64,000 nt of DNA, from assembly GCA_037386965.1 (NCBI GenBank), contig JARRLN010000002.1, forward strand, positions 11,443 to 75,442, given 5' to 3'. This DNA comes from Nitrospirota bacterium. Lineage in GTDB: Bacteria; Nitrospirota; Thermodesulfovibrionia; Thermodesulfovibrionales; JdFR-86. Both the position numbers and the translations under genes were made by a program. How positions within the stretch are numbered: position 1 is the stretch's first letter; the number at the start of each line of letters is the position of its first letter. Below the pieces are notes generated by a model that was given only the letters and a program-made list of their open reading frames with translations, was not told where the DNA came from and ran no database searches. Shown here piece after piece: positions 18,838-28,495 of the stretch.

Positions 18838-19876
18838 GGCCGTCCTCACGCCCAAGGAATCATTGCCGGGGCTCCTGGACTCCCTGCGCCCCGCATACGG
18901 GCTTGCCGGCCCGGTCCCCTTGGGAGAACAGACCGTCTTCAGCCGCGTGGACTCCGCCGGGCAATTGAAGATGGACTATTCCTCCACCATGGCTCCTCCG
19001 GGGAAGCTCTTCCTTTATCCGTCCAGGGAGAACATTCTCCGGTTCCGCACCGAAGGGGAAAGCGCGGAGGTGGAGAGTTTTCCGGCGGAGACGGCCAAGA
19101 CGCTGCTCCTCGGCGTGCACGCCTGCGACGTACACGCCGTCGTTTACCTGGACAAGGTCTTTCACAACGACCCCTTCTACCGCGCCAGAAGGGAAAATAC
19201 TCTTCTGGTGGCCATCAATTGCACGGAGCCCACCCCCTTCTGCTTTTGCTCCTCCGTGGGGACGGGCCCTTTCCTCAGGGCCGGGGAAGGCTATGACGCG
19301 GTGCTTACGGACCTCGGCGAGCACTACCTGGTGGAGCTCGTAAGCGACAGGGCCGGGGACCTTCTGCGCATCGAGGGCGAGGCCGTGGGAGAGAACGTCT
19401 GGCGGCGGAAGGCCGCGCGGGAAGAAGAGGTGCGCGGGAAAATCACCAAGAGGATGGATGTGGAGGGCCTGGACGAGCTTCTTCTTCGGAACACGGAGCA
19501 TCCCGTCTGGTCGGAGACGGCGGACAGCCGTTGCCTCTCCTGCGCCAACTGCGTGATGGTCTGCCCCACCTGCTTCTGCCACGACATCGTGGACCGCGTG
19601 GACATGGCGCTTACCGAGACCGTGCGCTTCAGGCACTGGGACGCCTGCCAGGACCAGAAGTTCGCCGCCGTGCACGGGGGCAACTTCAGGCGCACGCGGG
19701 CCGCACGGCTCAGGCAGTTCGTCATGCACAAGCTCGACTACACGGCCCAGTTCGACACCATGGGCACGGTGGGCTGCGGGCGGTGCATCCAGTGGTGCCC
19801 CACGCGCATCGACTTGACGGAGATGGCCAAGGAGATACAAAGGAGCCCCGGTGAAAAACCTTCTCTTGCCCGATAA
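18791..19876 (+). CDS. hyhB: Group 3b [NiFe]-hydrogenase beta subunit (AsrA-like 4Fe-4S protein)
   Basis: CLSCANCVMVCPTCFCHD and CGRCIQWCP clusters. First gene of a four-gene sulfhydrogenase-type set. Start uncertain (ATG 18791 overlaps the GAF gene by 47 nt; GTG 18815 is possible). Confidence 0.7.
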   Translation: MSGNGTTGVRASPGCKAVLTPKESLPGLLDSLRPAYGLAGPVPLGEQTVFSRVDSAGQLKMDYSSTMAPPGKLFLYPSRENILRFRTEGESAEVESFPAETAKTLLLGVHACDVHAVVYLDKVFHNDPFYRARRENTLLVAINCTEPTPFCFCSSVGTGPFLRAGEGYDAVLTDLGEHYLVELVSDRAGDLLRIEGEAVGENVWRRKAAREEEVRGKITKRMDVEGLDELLLRNTEHPVWSETADSRCLSCANCVMVCPTCFCHDIVDRVDMALTETVRFRHWDACQDQKFAAVHGGNFRRTRAARLRQFVMHKLDYTAQFDTMGTVGCGRCIQWCPTRIDLTEMAKEIQRSPGEKPSLAR

Positions 19877-20666
19877 GGCGGTCATAAGGGACATCAGGCG
19901 GGAGACCGGGGACGTCCGCACGTATACCCTCTCTTTGGAAGGAGACAGCCTTCATGCCCTGCCGGGGCAGTTCAACATGCTCGGATGGCCCGGCGTGGGC
20001 GAAGCACCCATCTCCGTGAGCTCGCTGCACGGCCCGGAGGGCATCCAGCACACCATACGGGCCGTGGGAAGGGTGACCAACTTCCTCGCCTCCATGGCCG
20101 AGGGTGACGAAATCTTCATCCGGGGCGCCTACGGGAGCCCCTGGCCCCTGAGGAACGCCGAGGACATGGAGCTTGTCCTGGTGGCCGGCGGCCTGGGGAT
20201 GGCGCCCCTGAGGCCCGTGGTGCAGTCCATCGTGCGAGGCGAACACCGGCCCGGAGACGTCACCCTCGTCTACGGGGCCCGCGACCCCCTGAGCATGCTT
20301 TTCAGGGACGAGCTGGACGGCTGGCGGAGACACTTTCGCCTGCACCTTACCGTGGACGAGGTCCCCGAGGGCGTCCCCTGGGACGGGGGGGTGGGCCTGG
20401 TCACCGAGTACATGGAGGACGTGGCGCAAAGGCCGTCGCAGGCCGTCGCCTTTCTCTGCGGGCCCGAGATCATGATGCGCTTTGCCGCCCGAAAGCTCCT
20501 CATGAAGGGCATGCCCCCGGGGCAGATATACGTCTCCATGGAGCGGCGGCTCAAGTGCGGCATCGCACAGTGCGGCCACTGCCAGCACGGAAGCGCCTTC
20601 GTCTGCAAGGACGGGCCCGTCTTCCGCTACGGCGACGTCGGCAGGTTCCCCGACGGCCTGCTTTAA
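19851..20666 (+). CDS. hyhG: Group 3b [NiFe]-hydrogenase gamma subunit (FAD/NAD(P)-binding, 2Fe-2S; AsrB-like)
   Basis: Ferredoxin-reductase-type fold (LVLVAGGLGMAPL) and C-terminal CGIAQCGHCQHG...C cluster. GTG start. Confidence 0.75.
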   Translation: MKNLLLPDKAVIRDIRRETGDVRTYTLSLEGDSLHALPGQFNMLGWPGVGEAPISVSSLHGPEGIQHTIRAVGRVTNFLASMAEGDEIFIRGAYGSPWPLRNAEDMELVLVAGGLGMAPLRPVVQSIVRGEHRPGDVTLVYGARDPLSMLFRDELDGWRRHFRLHLTVDEVPEGVPWDGGVGLVTEYMEDVAQRPSQAVAFLCGPEIMMRFAARKLLMKGMPPGQIYVSMERRLKCGIAQCGHCQHGSAFVCKDGPVFRYGDVGRFPDGLL

Positions 20667-20686
20667 AGGGCGCGCCAACCAACGCA

Positions 20687-21484
20687 ATGGAGAAGACACC
20701 GAACATGCAGCCGCGGAGAAAGCCCCGCCTGGGGTTCTTCAAGTACTCCTGCTGTGCGGGATGCGAGTTCACGCTCATCTTCTTCCAGAGGCGCATCGTG
20801 GAGACCCTCCGGGGCTTCGACTTCGCCTATTGCCGCATGGTCTCAAGCGCGGGCACGCCCGAAGGGCCCTTCGACCTCGCCCTGGTGGAAGGCACCATCA
20901 CCGAGGCCTGGCAGGCCGACGAGCTCAAGAAGATACGCCGGAGGAGCCGCCTTTTGCTGGCCATCGGCTCCTGTGCGGTAAACGGCGGCATACCCGCCAT
21001 CAAGGCCACGCATCCCGAGGACGACGTCCAGCGGCGGGTCTACCGGGACCTCGAAAACATCCATTCCATCCGGCCCCACGCCCTTGACGCCTATGTGCGC
21101 GTGGACGGCGAGATAAAGGGCTGCCCTCCCGGGGAGCGGGACCTGGAGGAGGCCCTCACTTCGGTGCTCATGCAAAAGAAGCCCGATTTCCTCGAGTACA
21201 GCGTCTGCATCGAGTGCAAGGCCAGAAACAACATCTGCATCCTGGTGGCCCACGGGATGCCCTGCATGGGGCCGGTGACCAACGCCGGCTGCGGCGCCCT
21301 CTGCCCCTCGAACCAGAGGGCGTGCTACTCCTGCTGGGGACCGATGAAGCAGGCCAACGGGCTGGCCCTGGCCAGGACGTTCGAGGCCCTGGGCCTTTCG
21401 CCGGAGGACATCGTGGGAAAGTTTACCCTGTTCGGCGCCGACACCGTACAGTACCGGCAGGTGCGGGAGCACTATGAAGCATAA
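20687..21484 (+). CDS. hyhS: Group 3b [NiFe]-hydrogenase small (delta) subunit
   Basis: MEKTPNMQPRRKPRLGFFKYSCCAGCEF... NuoB-like proximal-cluster cysteines and distal CIECKARNNIC ... C clusters. ATG 20687 chosen inside ORF 20555..21484. Confidence 0.8.
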   Translation: MEKTPNMQPRRKPRLGFFKYSCCAGCEFTLIFFQRRIVETLRGFDFAYCRMVSSAGTPEGPFDLALVEGTITEAWQADELKKIRRRSRLLLAIGSCAVNGGIPAIKATHPEDDVQRRVYRDLENIHSIRPHALDAYVRVDGEIKGCPPGERDLEEALTSVLMQKKPDFLEYSVCIECKARNNICILVAHGMPCMGPVTNAGCGALCPSNQRACYSCWGPMKQANGLALARTFEALGLSPEDIVGKFTLFGADTVQYRQVREHYEA

Positions 21485-22724
21485 GATAGCCTATCTGGCC
21501 CGCGTGGAGGGCGAGGCCGCCGTCACTTTCGAGATTAAGGACGGCAAGCTCTCCGAGCTGGTCCTGAACATCTGGGAGCCCCCCCGGTTTTTCGAGGGGT
21601 TTCTCGCCGGGCGCACGTTCGACGAGGTCCCGGACATCGTGGCCCGCATCTGCGGGATATGTCCCATATCGCACATGACGACGGCCATCCGCGCCCTTGA
21701 GAGGGCCTTGGGGCTCGAGCCGCCTCCCCAGACGGTGGCCCTCCAGGAGGTGATGGCCCTGAGCCAGATAGCGGCCAGCCACCTGGTGCACCTTTACATG
21801 CTTGCCCTCCCGGACTTCCACGGCATGGCCTCGGCCGCGGAGCTCCTGCCCCGTTTCGAGGGCGAAGTCGGAAGGTTCCTCAGGATGAAGGAAGTCCTGA
21901 ACGATGCAAGCGCGCTTTACGGCGGCAGGGCGCTGCATCCCGTATCCATGGTGGTGGCCGGTTTTACGAATCCCCCGTCGCAAGACCGGGTGGGGGACAT
22001 CGTAAGGAGACTCGAAGGCATAAAGGCCGACGCCCTGGAGACGGTGAAAATGGTGGCGGGGCTCCCGGTGCCGGACCTCACGAACGAAGCCGAGTACGCC
22101 GCCCTCAAAAGCGCGAACCGTTACGCCGTCAACGCCGGGAGGCTGGCCTCAAGCGGAGGCATCGACGCGCCCGAGGAGGACTACCCGGAGTACATCGAGG
22201 AAACACAGGTGCCCCACGCCAACGCCAAGCGGAACATGGTCAAGGGACGGGGGGCCCTGATGGTGGGGGCCTTGGCCAGGACGAACCTGAAATTCGCACA
22301 GCTCCATGACGACGCCAAGGCAGCCGCAGCCGGTGTGGGCTTCGGTCCGCCGGCGGACAACCCCTTTTTGAACAACCTGGCCCAGGCGGTGGAGGTGGTG
22401 CATGTCCTGAGCCGCATGATAGAGATACTCGCGACCCTTCCGGGCGGGCGGCCCTGGGTGGAGGTCCGTCCCCGGGAGGGCGAGGGCTCCGCCCTGACCG
22501 AAGCTCCCCGGGGCCTTCTCTTCCATTCCTACACCCTCGACCGGAGGGGCCACGTGGTCAGGGCCAACATCGTGACGCCCACGGCCCACAATTTCATGGG
22601 GCTGGAGGAAAACCTGAGAAAGCTCATCGAGAAACACGCCGGGGAGGAAAAGGACGAGATTGCCCTCCTCTCAGAGATGCTCGTCCGGGCCTACGACCCC
22701 TGCTTTTCCTGCTCCGTACACTGA
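21474..22724 (+). CDS. hyhL: Group 3b [NiFe]-hydrogenase large (alpha) subunit
   Basis: N-terminal RICGICPISH and C-terminal DPCFSCSVH Ni-Fe ligand motifs (both Cys, no Sec). 416 aa. Confidence 0.9.
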   Translation: MKHKIAYLARVEGEAAVTFEIKDGKLSELVLNIWEPPRFFEGFLAGRTFDEVPDIVARICGICPISHMTTAIRALERALGLEPPPQTVALQEVMALSQIAASHLVHLYMLALPDFHGMASAAELLPRFEGEVGRFLRMKEVLNDASALYGGRALHPVSMVVAGFTNPPSQDRVGDIVRRLEGIKADALETVKMVAGLPVPDLTNEAEYAALKSANRYAVNAGRLASSGGIDAPEEDYPEYIEETQVPHANAKRNMVKGRGALMVGALARTNLKFAQLHDDAKAAAAGVGFGPPADNPFLNNLAQAVEVVHVLSRMIEILATLPGGRPWVEVRPREGEGSALTEAPRGLLFHSYTLDRRGHVVRANIVTPTAHNFMGLEENLRKLIEKHAGEEKDEIALLSEMLVRAYDPCFSCSVH

Positions 22725-22769
22725 CGCCACCCACCGGCGGACGGACAAGCCGCTCAGGCGGTGCGGATT

Positions 22770-23206
22770 CCCTAGAGCAATTTAATAAATTATGTAGCCG
22801 AAGGCCTCCTTGTCGTAGCCGTTTGACCTGAGGCGGCTCGGCAGTGACTTCTTTGGAGGAACTGCCTATGGAGGGCGGCCGCCGTTGCATAAAGAAAGAG
22901 GTCTGCGAACGTTCCGGCCCGATAGGGCCGGTGCAGGGCGTTTCAAGAGGCTGTTCCACCCATTCGTCACTCACATAAGGCCGCCCGGACAGTAATAAGA
23001 CTCCTTGCCGCAGAATAATCCTCTCTTCCCCACTTTTGAACTAAGAGGGGAAGAGAGGATGGGTGAGTTGGGGAGATAGATAATTAAAAAAACCGGGGCC
23101 GGGGGCGGAGCGCCCCGTAATAACAATGCAACTCTTCTGACTCCCTAACCCACCTCTTCTCCCTCTCCCTTAAATCGGCCACAGGTCAAGTTAGATTGCT
23201 CTAGGG
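22770..23206. repeat. 437-bp AT-enriched segment bounded by perfect 12-bp inverted repeats CCCTAGAGCAAT / ATTGCTCTAGGG (MITE-like or structured-RNA locus)
   Basis: IR copies at 22770..22781 and 23195..23206. Internal hairpins at 22914..22931 (7 bp) and 23018..23060 (14 bp). No convincing ORF. Lies between convergent genes. Confidence 0.5.
23086..23117 (-). terminator. Intrinsic terminator downstream of the SRPBCC gene
   Basis: Minus strand reads CGGGGCGCTCCGCCCCCGGCCCCGG followed by TTTTTTT: a GC-rich hairpin plus U-tract, about 85 nt after the stop at 23201. Confidence 0.6.
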
Positions 23207-23641
23207 TGTTCCGGACTCCATCATCCGCTTGAGGTTTTTCAGGTCCTCTTTCATCTGCTCGCCGGTTACGACGTCAAGCACCGTGTCCTCCAGAAAAGAG
23301 TTGTACTTCCCCGGGGGTTTGTAGGAGAGCTCCACGGTCACTTCGGTGGCGCCCCCTTCCTTCTCCGCGAGGCTCAGCGCCCCCCTGTTTTGCACGCGGG
23401 AGCCCGGCAGCGAGCGCCACTCGATGACCTCGTTCTCCTCGTCCCGGACGATTTCCGACTCCCAGCCGAGGTCCCCCACGGGTGTCTTGATGGTCCAGCG
23501 GCTGCGCCCGCCCCCCAGGTCCTCGACGGAGTCCAGATGGTCGATAAAGCGGGGGAGGTTCTCGAAGTGCCGCCAGAACCCGTATATGTCGCCGGCCTTG
23601 CGTTTTATGGTGATGCTTTCCTTGACGTGTACTTCCGGCAT
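23201..23641 (-). CDS. SRPBCC-superfamily (polyketide cyclase/dehydrase-like) protein
   Basis: 146 aa. The pattern ...IYGFWRHFENLPRFIDHLDSVE...SRWTIKTPVG...WESEIV...IEWRS is typical of SRPBCC/CoxG-like ligand-binding proteins. Confidence 0.65.
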   Translation of the reverse strand: MPEVHVKESITIKRKAGDIYGFWRHFENLPRFIDHLDSVEDLGGGRSRWTIKTPVGDLGWESEIVRDEENEVIEWRSLPGSRVQNRGALSLAEKEGGATEVTVELSYKPPGKYNSFLEDTVLDVVTGEQMKEDLKNLKRMMESGTP

Positions 23642-23691
23642 GTCACCTTCCTCCTCGTCTCCAGCCGCGCATCAAGTGCCTGCCGCCTCCT

Positions 23692-25110
23692 CTAGGGGCC
23701 TCCCAGGCTCAACGCCTGGATAACCGCGATGAGGGAGCCAGGATAGACCCCGAACCACAGGAGGGCGAGGGCCAGGACGCCGAGGACCAGGCTCTCTCCC
23801 GCTCCGGCCAAAACCCGCTCCCCGGGGGCTGCCGGGGCATAGAGGGCAGCCACGATGCGCAGATAGTAGTACAGGCCGATGCCGCTGTTTACAAGGAGCG
23901 TCACTACCAGGGCCCAGTGGGCCGCGCCGACTCCGGCGGCAATGACATAGAACTTTCCGATGAATCCCGCCGTCAGGGGGATGCCCGCGAGGGAGAAAAG
24001 GACGAAGGTAAAAACACCGCCCAGCCACGGGCTCCGGCGGAAGAGCCCCCGGTACTCGTCGAGATGGCCCGTGCGCCGCTGTGCTTCGGAGAGGACCGTC
24101 ACCACGCCGAAGGCCCCGAGCATGGTCACCACGTAGGCGGTGATGTAAAACGTGACGGCCGTCGTCCGCATCTGGCCGCTTGCCAGGAAGGCCACCAGGA
24201 TATAGCCCATGTGGGCGATGGACGAGTACCCGAGAATGCGCCTGACGTTCTGCTGCCTGAGGGCCAGCAGATTGCCCACGAACATCGAAAGCACGGCGAT
24301 AACCGCCAGGACCGCAAAGAGGGGACCCGTCTCCGCAAAGCTCAGGCCCGAGAAATAGCGCACAAGAAGGGCGAACATCGCTCCCTTGGATATGGTGGCC
24401 ACGTAGCCCGCCACCGGGGCGGGGGCCCCCTCGAAGATGTCCGGCGTCCACATGTGAAAGGGGGCCACGCCCAGCTTGAACCCCACCCCGACGACCACCA
24501 TCCCCATGCCCGTCAGGGCCAGGGCCGACCCGGGGTGGGAGAGCCTCGAGGCCAGGGCGGCAAACTCCATGGTGCCCGCCTCCAGGTAAAGAAGGGCCAT
24601 CCCGAAAAGCAGAAAGGCCGACGAAACTCCCGCCAGGACGAGATACTTTACGCCGGCCTCTATGCCGGGCTCGTGCGCGCGCCGGTACCCGATGAGGGCG
24701 TAGAGCGAGACGCTCAGTATCTCCAGCCCGAGGAAGAAGGAGGCCAGGTGGGCCGCGGCCACCAGGACCATGGAGCCCAGGGAGGCCAAGAGAAGCAGTA
24801 TGTAGTACTCCTCGCGGATGCCGCCCCCCCTCTGGATGACGCCGTAGGACATTATGGCCACGGCCAGCGCGGAGACCAGGATGAGGGCGAGGTAGAAGAC
24901 CGCGTACGTGTCCAGGACAAGCAGGCTCGTCACCGGGTGCGGCAGGCCCGATAGTGAGCTCAGGGAGGCCGCGGAGAAGAAAAGCGCCGCCGCCGTGAGG
25001 CCGAAGGTCAGGTCGTAATGCCGCTTGACCGCCAGGGCGAGCATGACCAGGACCGGGGCGGCCCCCATGATGAGAAAGGGGATGAGGGGCAGAAGGTCAT
25101 TTGCTCTCAT
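23692..25110 (-). CDS. nuoN: NADH-quinone oxidoreductase subunit N
   Basis: 472 aa antiporter-like subunit and last gene of the nuo array. The start overlaps the nuoM stop. Confidence 0.9.
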   Translation of the reverse strand: MRANDLLPLIPFLIMGAAPVLVMLALAVKRHYDLTFGLTAAALFFSAASLSSLSGLPHPVTSLLVLDTYAVFYLALILVSALAVAIMSYGVIQRGGGIREEYYILLLLASLGSMVLVAAAHLASFFLGLEILSVSLYALIGYRRAHEPGIEAGVKYLVLAGVSSAFLLFGMALLYLEAGTMEFAALASRLSHPGSALALTGMGMVVVGVGFKLGVAPFHMWTPDIFEGAPAPVAGYVATISKGAMFALLVRYFSGLSFAETGPLFAVLAVIAVLSMFVGNLLALRQQNVRRILGYSSIAHMGYILVAFLASGQMRTTAVTFYITAYVVTMLGAFGVVTVLSEAQRRTGHLDEYRGLFRRSPWLGGVFTFVLFSLAGIPLTAGFIGKFYVIAAGVGAAHWALVVTLLVNSGIGLYYYLRIVAALYAPAAPGERVLAGAGESLVLGVLALALLWFGVYPGSLIAVIQALSLGGP

Positions 25111-26626
25111 GCATGCCCTCCATGGGCTCCGTCAGTGCCGCCTCCACCTGGGCGGCCTGCGACAGGCGGCTCAGGTTCTGGATGCCGTGCCGGGCGGTCC
25201 TGAGCACGGGCCCGGGATAGATGCCGATGGCGATGATGAGGGCAGCCATGACCGAGAGGGTGAGGACTTCCCGCACCCGGAGGTCGGGGAACTCAAGCCC
25301 CTCTCTCTTCCCGCCGAAAAAGGCCTGCTGCATGAACCAGAGGCCGTAGATGGCCGAGGCCACCAGCACTATGGCCGCGATGCCCGCCGCCCAGGGGTTC
25401 ACCTTGTATGCTCCCAGCAGAACCAGGAACTCCCCGACGAAATTCCCCATCCCGGGCAGCCCCACGGAGGCCAGGGCGAAGATCATGGCCATGCCCCCCA
25501 TGCGGGGTGCCGCCGACCAGAGGCCGCCCACGGCCGCCATCTCGCGGGAGCCCACCCGCTCCTGAAGCTCTCCGACCAGGACGAACAGCGCCCCGGTGCT
25601 TATGCCGTGGCTCACTATCTGCACCACCGCTCCCTCCAGGGCCCAGTTGTTCCAGATGCTGACGGCCAAGAGGACGAAGCCCATGTGGCTCACGCTCGTA
25701 TAGGCGACCAGCCGCTTGAGGTCGGTCTGGGAGAAGGCCATCACCGCCCCGTAGAGGATGCCCGCCACGGCCAGCACGACGCCCCCCCAGGCAAGGGCCG
25801 CCGCGGCTTCGGGGAAGAGGGGCACGGCGAAACGCAAAAGCCCGTACGCCCCGGTCTTCAACAGGAGCCCCGCCAAGATGACGCTCCCGGCCGTGGGGGC
25901 CTCGGTATGGGCGTCGGGCAGCCAGGTGTGGAAGAAGAACGCGGGCAGCTTTACGAGGAAGGCCGCCAGGAAACCGCCCATCAGCCAGAGCGAGGCCGTC
26001 CGGCCCAGGGAGGCCCGCAGAAGCTCCACGTAGTCGAAGGTATGTTCTCCCGTGGCCCGCCAATGGATGAAGTACAGCCCCAGGATGGCCGCGAGCATGA
26101 AAAGCCCGCTGAGCTGCGTGAAGATGAAGAACTTGACGGCGGCGTACTGGCGGTTCTCGTGTCCCCATATGGAGATGACGAAATACAGAGGCACCAGCAT
26201 GAGCTCCCAGAAGAAATAGAAAAGGAACAGGTCCAGGGCCAGGAAAACCCCGACAATCCCGGCCAGGCACCAGAGCAGGTTGAAGTAGAAAAACCCCACC
26301 CTCTCGGTTATCTCCGTCCACGAGGAGGCCACCGCCACCAGGCCCAGAAAAGCGGTCAGCGCGACGAGGATGACGCTCAGCCCGTCGGCGGCAAGGTGAA
26401 AGCCGATGCCCAGCTGGGGAATCCACCGCACCTGAAGCGAGGCCAGCCAGCCCCCTGCCTGGGCACCCTGTGCCGCGGCGGCCCCGAAAAGGGGCAGCAC
26501 CAGGGCGAAGTCGGCAAGAAGGGCGAAAAGCGCGACGTACCGGGGCGTGCCCTTCCAGAAACGGCCCGCCAGGGCCGCCCCGACGCCCCCCAAAAGAGGG
26601 ATGACCACGAGCAGGACGAGTATCAT
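25097..26626 (-). CDS. nuoM: NADH-quinone oxidoreductase subunit M
   Basis: 509 aa antiporter-like subunit (WLPDAHTEAPTAGSVILAG). The start overlaps the nuoL stop (ATGA). Confidence 0.9.
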   Translation of the reverse strand: MILVLLVVIPLLGGVGAALAGRFWKGTPRYVALFALLADFALVLPLFGAAAAQGAQAGGWLASLQVRWIPQLGIGFHLAADGLSVILVALTAFLGLVAVASSWTEITERVGFFYFNLLWCLAGIVGVFLALDLFLFYFFWELMLVPLYFVISIWGHENRQYAAVKFFIFTQLSGLFMLAAILGLYFIHWRATGEHTFDYVELLRASLGRTASLWLMGGFLAAFLVKLPAFFFHTWLPDAHTEAPTAGSVILAGLLLKTGAYGLLRFAVPLFPEAAAALAWGGVVLAVAGILYGAVMAFSQTDLKRLVAYTSVSHMGFVLLAVSIWNNWALEGAVVQIVSHGISTGALFVLVGELQERVGSREMAAVGGLWSAAPRMGGMAMIFALASVGLPGMGNFVGEFLVLLGAYKVNPWAAGIAAIVLVASAIYGLWFMQQAFFGGKREGLEFPDLRVREVLTLSVMAALIIAIGIYPGPVLRTARHGIQNLSRLSQAAQVEAALTEPMEGMHESK

Positions 26627-28491
26627 GCGAACACCATCATCATTCCCAGGACGAGGATGGCCCCGAAGGCCATCCCGGTGACGTACCAGCGCACCTTGCC
26701 AGACTGGGTGGCGCTGAGCCAGCCGTGCACGACGCCGTTGTACCAGGCCGCCCCCGTATAGAAGAGGTCCACGAAATCGTCCTTGTTGACGCGGGCCACA
26801 AAGAGAAACGGCCGCACGAGGAGCGCATCATAGAGGCGGTCGAAGCCCCATCCCCCGTGCAGGAGCGCCCGGAGCCCCCCGCCCGGCCCCGTCCGGGCCA
26901 GCGAGCGCACGGAGTCCGGCCTGAGCACGTAGAAATAAAAGGCAAGGTATATCCCCAGGAGCGAGGTGGCTGAGGTGACGAACTCTATCAGGATACGGGG
27001 GACCGGGAGGGTCCGCTCCTGGAGGGCCGGGAGGACACCGGCCGCTCCGGTCAGGGCGTGGGGCACGTTTATCCATCCTCCCGCGATGGACAATGTCGCC
27101 AGCGCCAGAAGGGGGACGCTCATGCGGAGGCCGGGCCGGTACACCACCCTGCCCCTGGCCTGGCCGAAGAAGACCAGAAAAACCATCCGGAAAGAATAAA
27201 CGGACGTTATCAGGGCCCCGGCGAGACCCGCCCCCCAGAGCCAAGGTCCGCCGTCCGTGGAAAAGAGGGCATCGCTTATGATGAGGTCCTTGCTGTAAAA
27301 CCCGGCGGTAATCAGGGGGAGCGCCGAGAGCGAGGACGCCCCTACGAGAAACGTCCAGAAGGCCAGGGGCAGTTTTCTCCTGAGCCCTCCCATGCGGAAC
27401 ATGTCCCTTTCGTGCTTCAGGGCATGGATGACCACGCCCGCGCTCAGGAACAGGAGGGCCTTGAAGAACGCATGGGTCATGAAATGGAATATGGCTGCGG
27501 CCCACGCTCCCACGCCGAGGGCCAGGAACATATAGCCTATCTGGCTCATCGTGGAGTAGGCCAGGGCACGCTTGATGTCGCGCTGGGCCAGGGCGCTCAT
27601 GCCCGCAAGCAACAGGGTCAGGGCTCCGATGACCGCAACGGCCAGCTGCACGGAGGGGGCCAGGGTGAAGATGACGTGGGTGCGGGCTATCAGGTAGACG
27701 CCGGCCGTCACCATGGTGGCGGCGTGGATGAGGGCGCTCACCGGCGTGGGGCCCGCCATGGCGTCGGGAAGCCAAGTCTGAAGGGGCAGCTGGGCCGACT
27801 TCCCCAGGGCGCCGAGCAGGAGGAGCCAGGCCGCCAGCGAGGCCGCGCCGGAGCCCGTCGCCCATTGTTTCTGGGCGACACCCATCAGTTCCTGTATCGT
27901 CGTGGTGCCCAGCGCGTGAAAGATGAGGAAAATCCCCACCGCCAGTGCGGCGTCCCCGACGCGCGTCACGATGAAGGCCTTCTGGGCGGCCCACCCGTTG
28001 GCGGGGTCCTTGTACCAATAGCCTATGAGCAGGTAGCTGCAAAGCCCCACGCCCTCCCAGCCCAGGTAAAGGAAGGTGAGGTTGTCGGCCAGGACCAGGA
28101 TGAGCATGGAAGCCACGAAGAGGTCCATGTAGGCGAAGAAGCGGCTGTAATCCTCCTCCTCCATGTACTCCGCCGAATAGACGAGGATGAGGAAGCCCAC
28201 CCAGGAGACCACCAGGGTCATGACCACGGAGAGGCCATCCAGGTAGAGCGCCACCCGGGGGGAGAAGCCCCCCACGTCAATCCACTGCCAGAGGACCAGG
28301 GTGAAACCCTTCGCCCCGGGGCCCAGGCCGGCGAACCCGAGGCCGCACGCCGCGGCGGCAATGGCGGCAAGGCCGACCGAACCCGCGCCCACCGCCGAGA
28401 CCGCCCGGCGGGGCATCAGGGGGCCCCAGACGGCCAGAAGGGCAAAGCCCGCCAGGGGAAGCGCCGGCACTATCCAGAGAAAGTCGAGCAC
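26623..28491 (-). CDS. nuoL: NADH-quinone oxidoreductase subunit L
   Basis: 622 aa (WLPDAMAGPTPVSALIHAATMVTAG) with a C-terminal lateral-helix region. GTG start. Confidence 0.9.
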   Translation of the reverse strand: MLDFLWIVPALPLAGFALLAVWGPLMPRRAVSAVGAGSVGLAAIAAAACGLGFAGLGPGAKGFTLVLWQWIDVGGFSPRVALYLDGLSVVMTLVVSWVGFLILVYSAEYMEEEDYSRFFAYMDLFVASMLILVLADNLTFLYLGWEGVGLCSYLLIGYWYKDPANGWAAQKAFIVTRVGDAALAVGIFLIFHALGTTTIQELMGVAQKQWATGSGAASLAAWLLLLGALGKSAQLPLQTWLPDAMAGPTPVSALIHAATMVTAGVYLIARTHVIFTLAPSVQLAVAVIGALTLLLAGMSALAQRDIKRALAYSTMSQIGYMFLALGVGAWAAAIFHFMTHAFFKALLFLSAGVVIHALKHERDMFRMGGLRRKLPLAFWTFLVGASSLSALPLITAGFYSKDLIISDALFSTDGGPWLWGAGLAGALITSVYSFRMVFLVFFGQARGRVVYRPGLRMSVPLLALATLSIAGGWINVPHALTGAAGVLPALQERTLPVPRILIEFVTSATSLLGIYLAFYFYVLRPDSVRSLARTGPGGGLRALLHGGWGFDRLYDALLVRPFLFVARVNKDDFVDLFYTGAAWYNGVVHGWLSATQSGKVRWYVTGMAFGAILVLGMMMVFA

Positions 28492-28495
28492 GCCG

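Noticed and set aside
22624-22974. 116-aa minus-strand ORF reaching into the inverted-repeat-bounded segment
   Set aside because: It overlaps the 3' end of the hydrogenase large-subunit gene, has no RBS or motif, and probably stays open only by chance.
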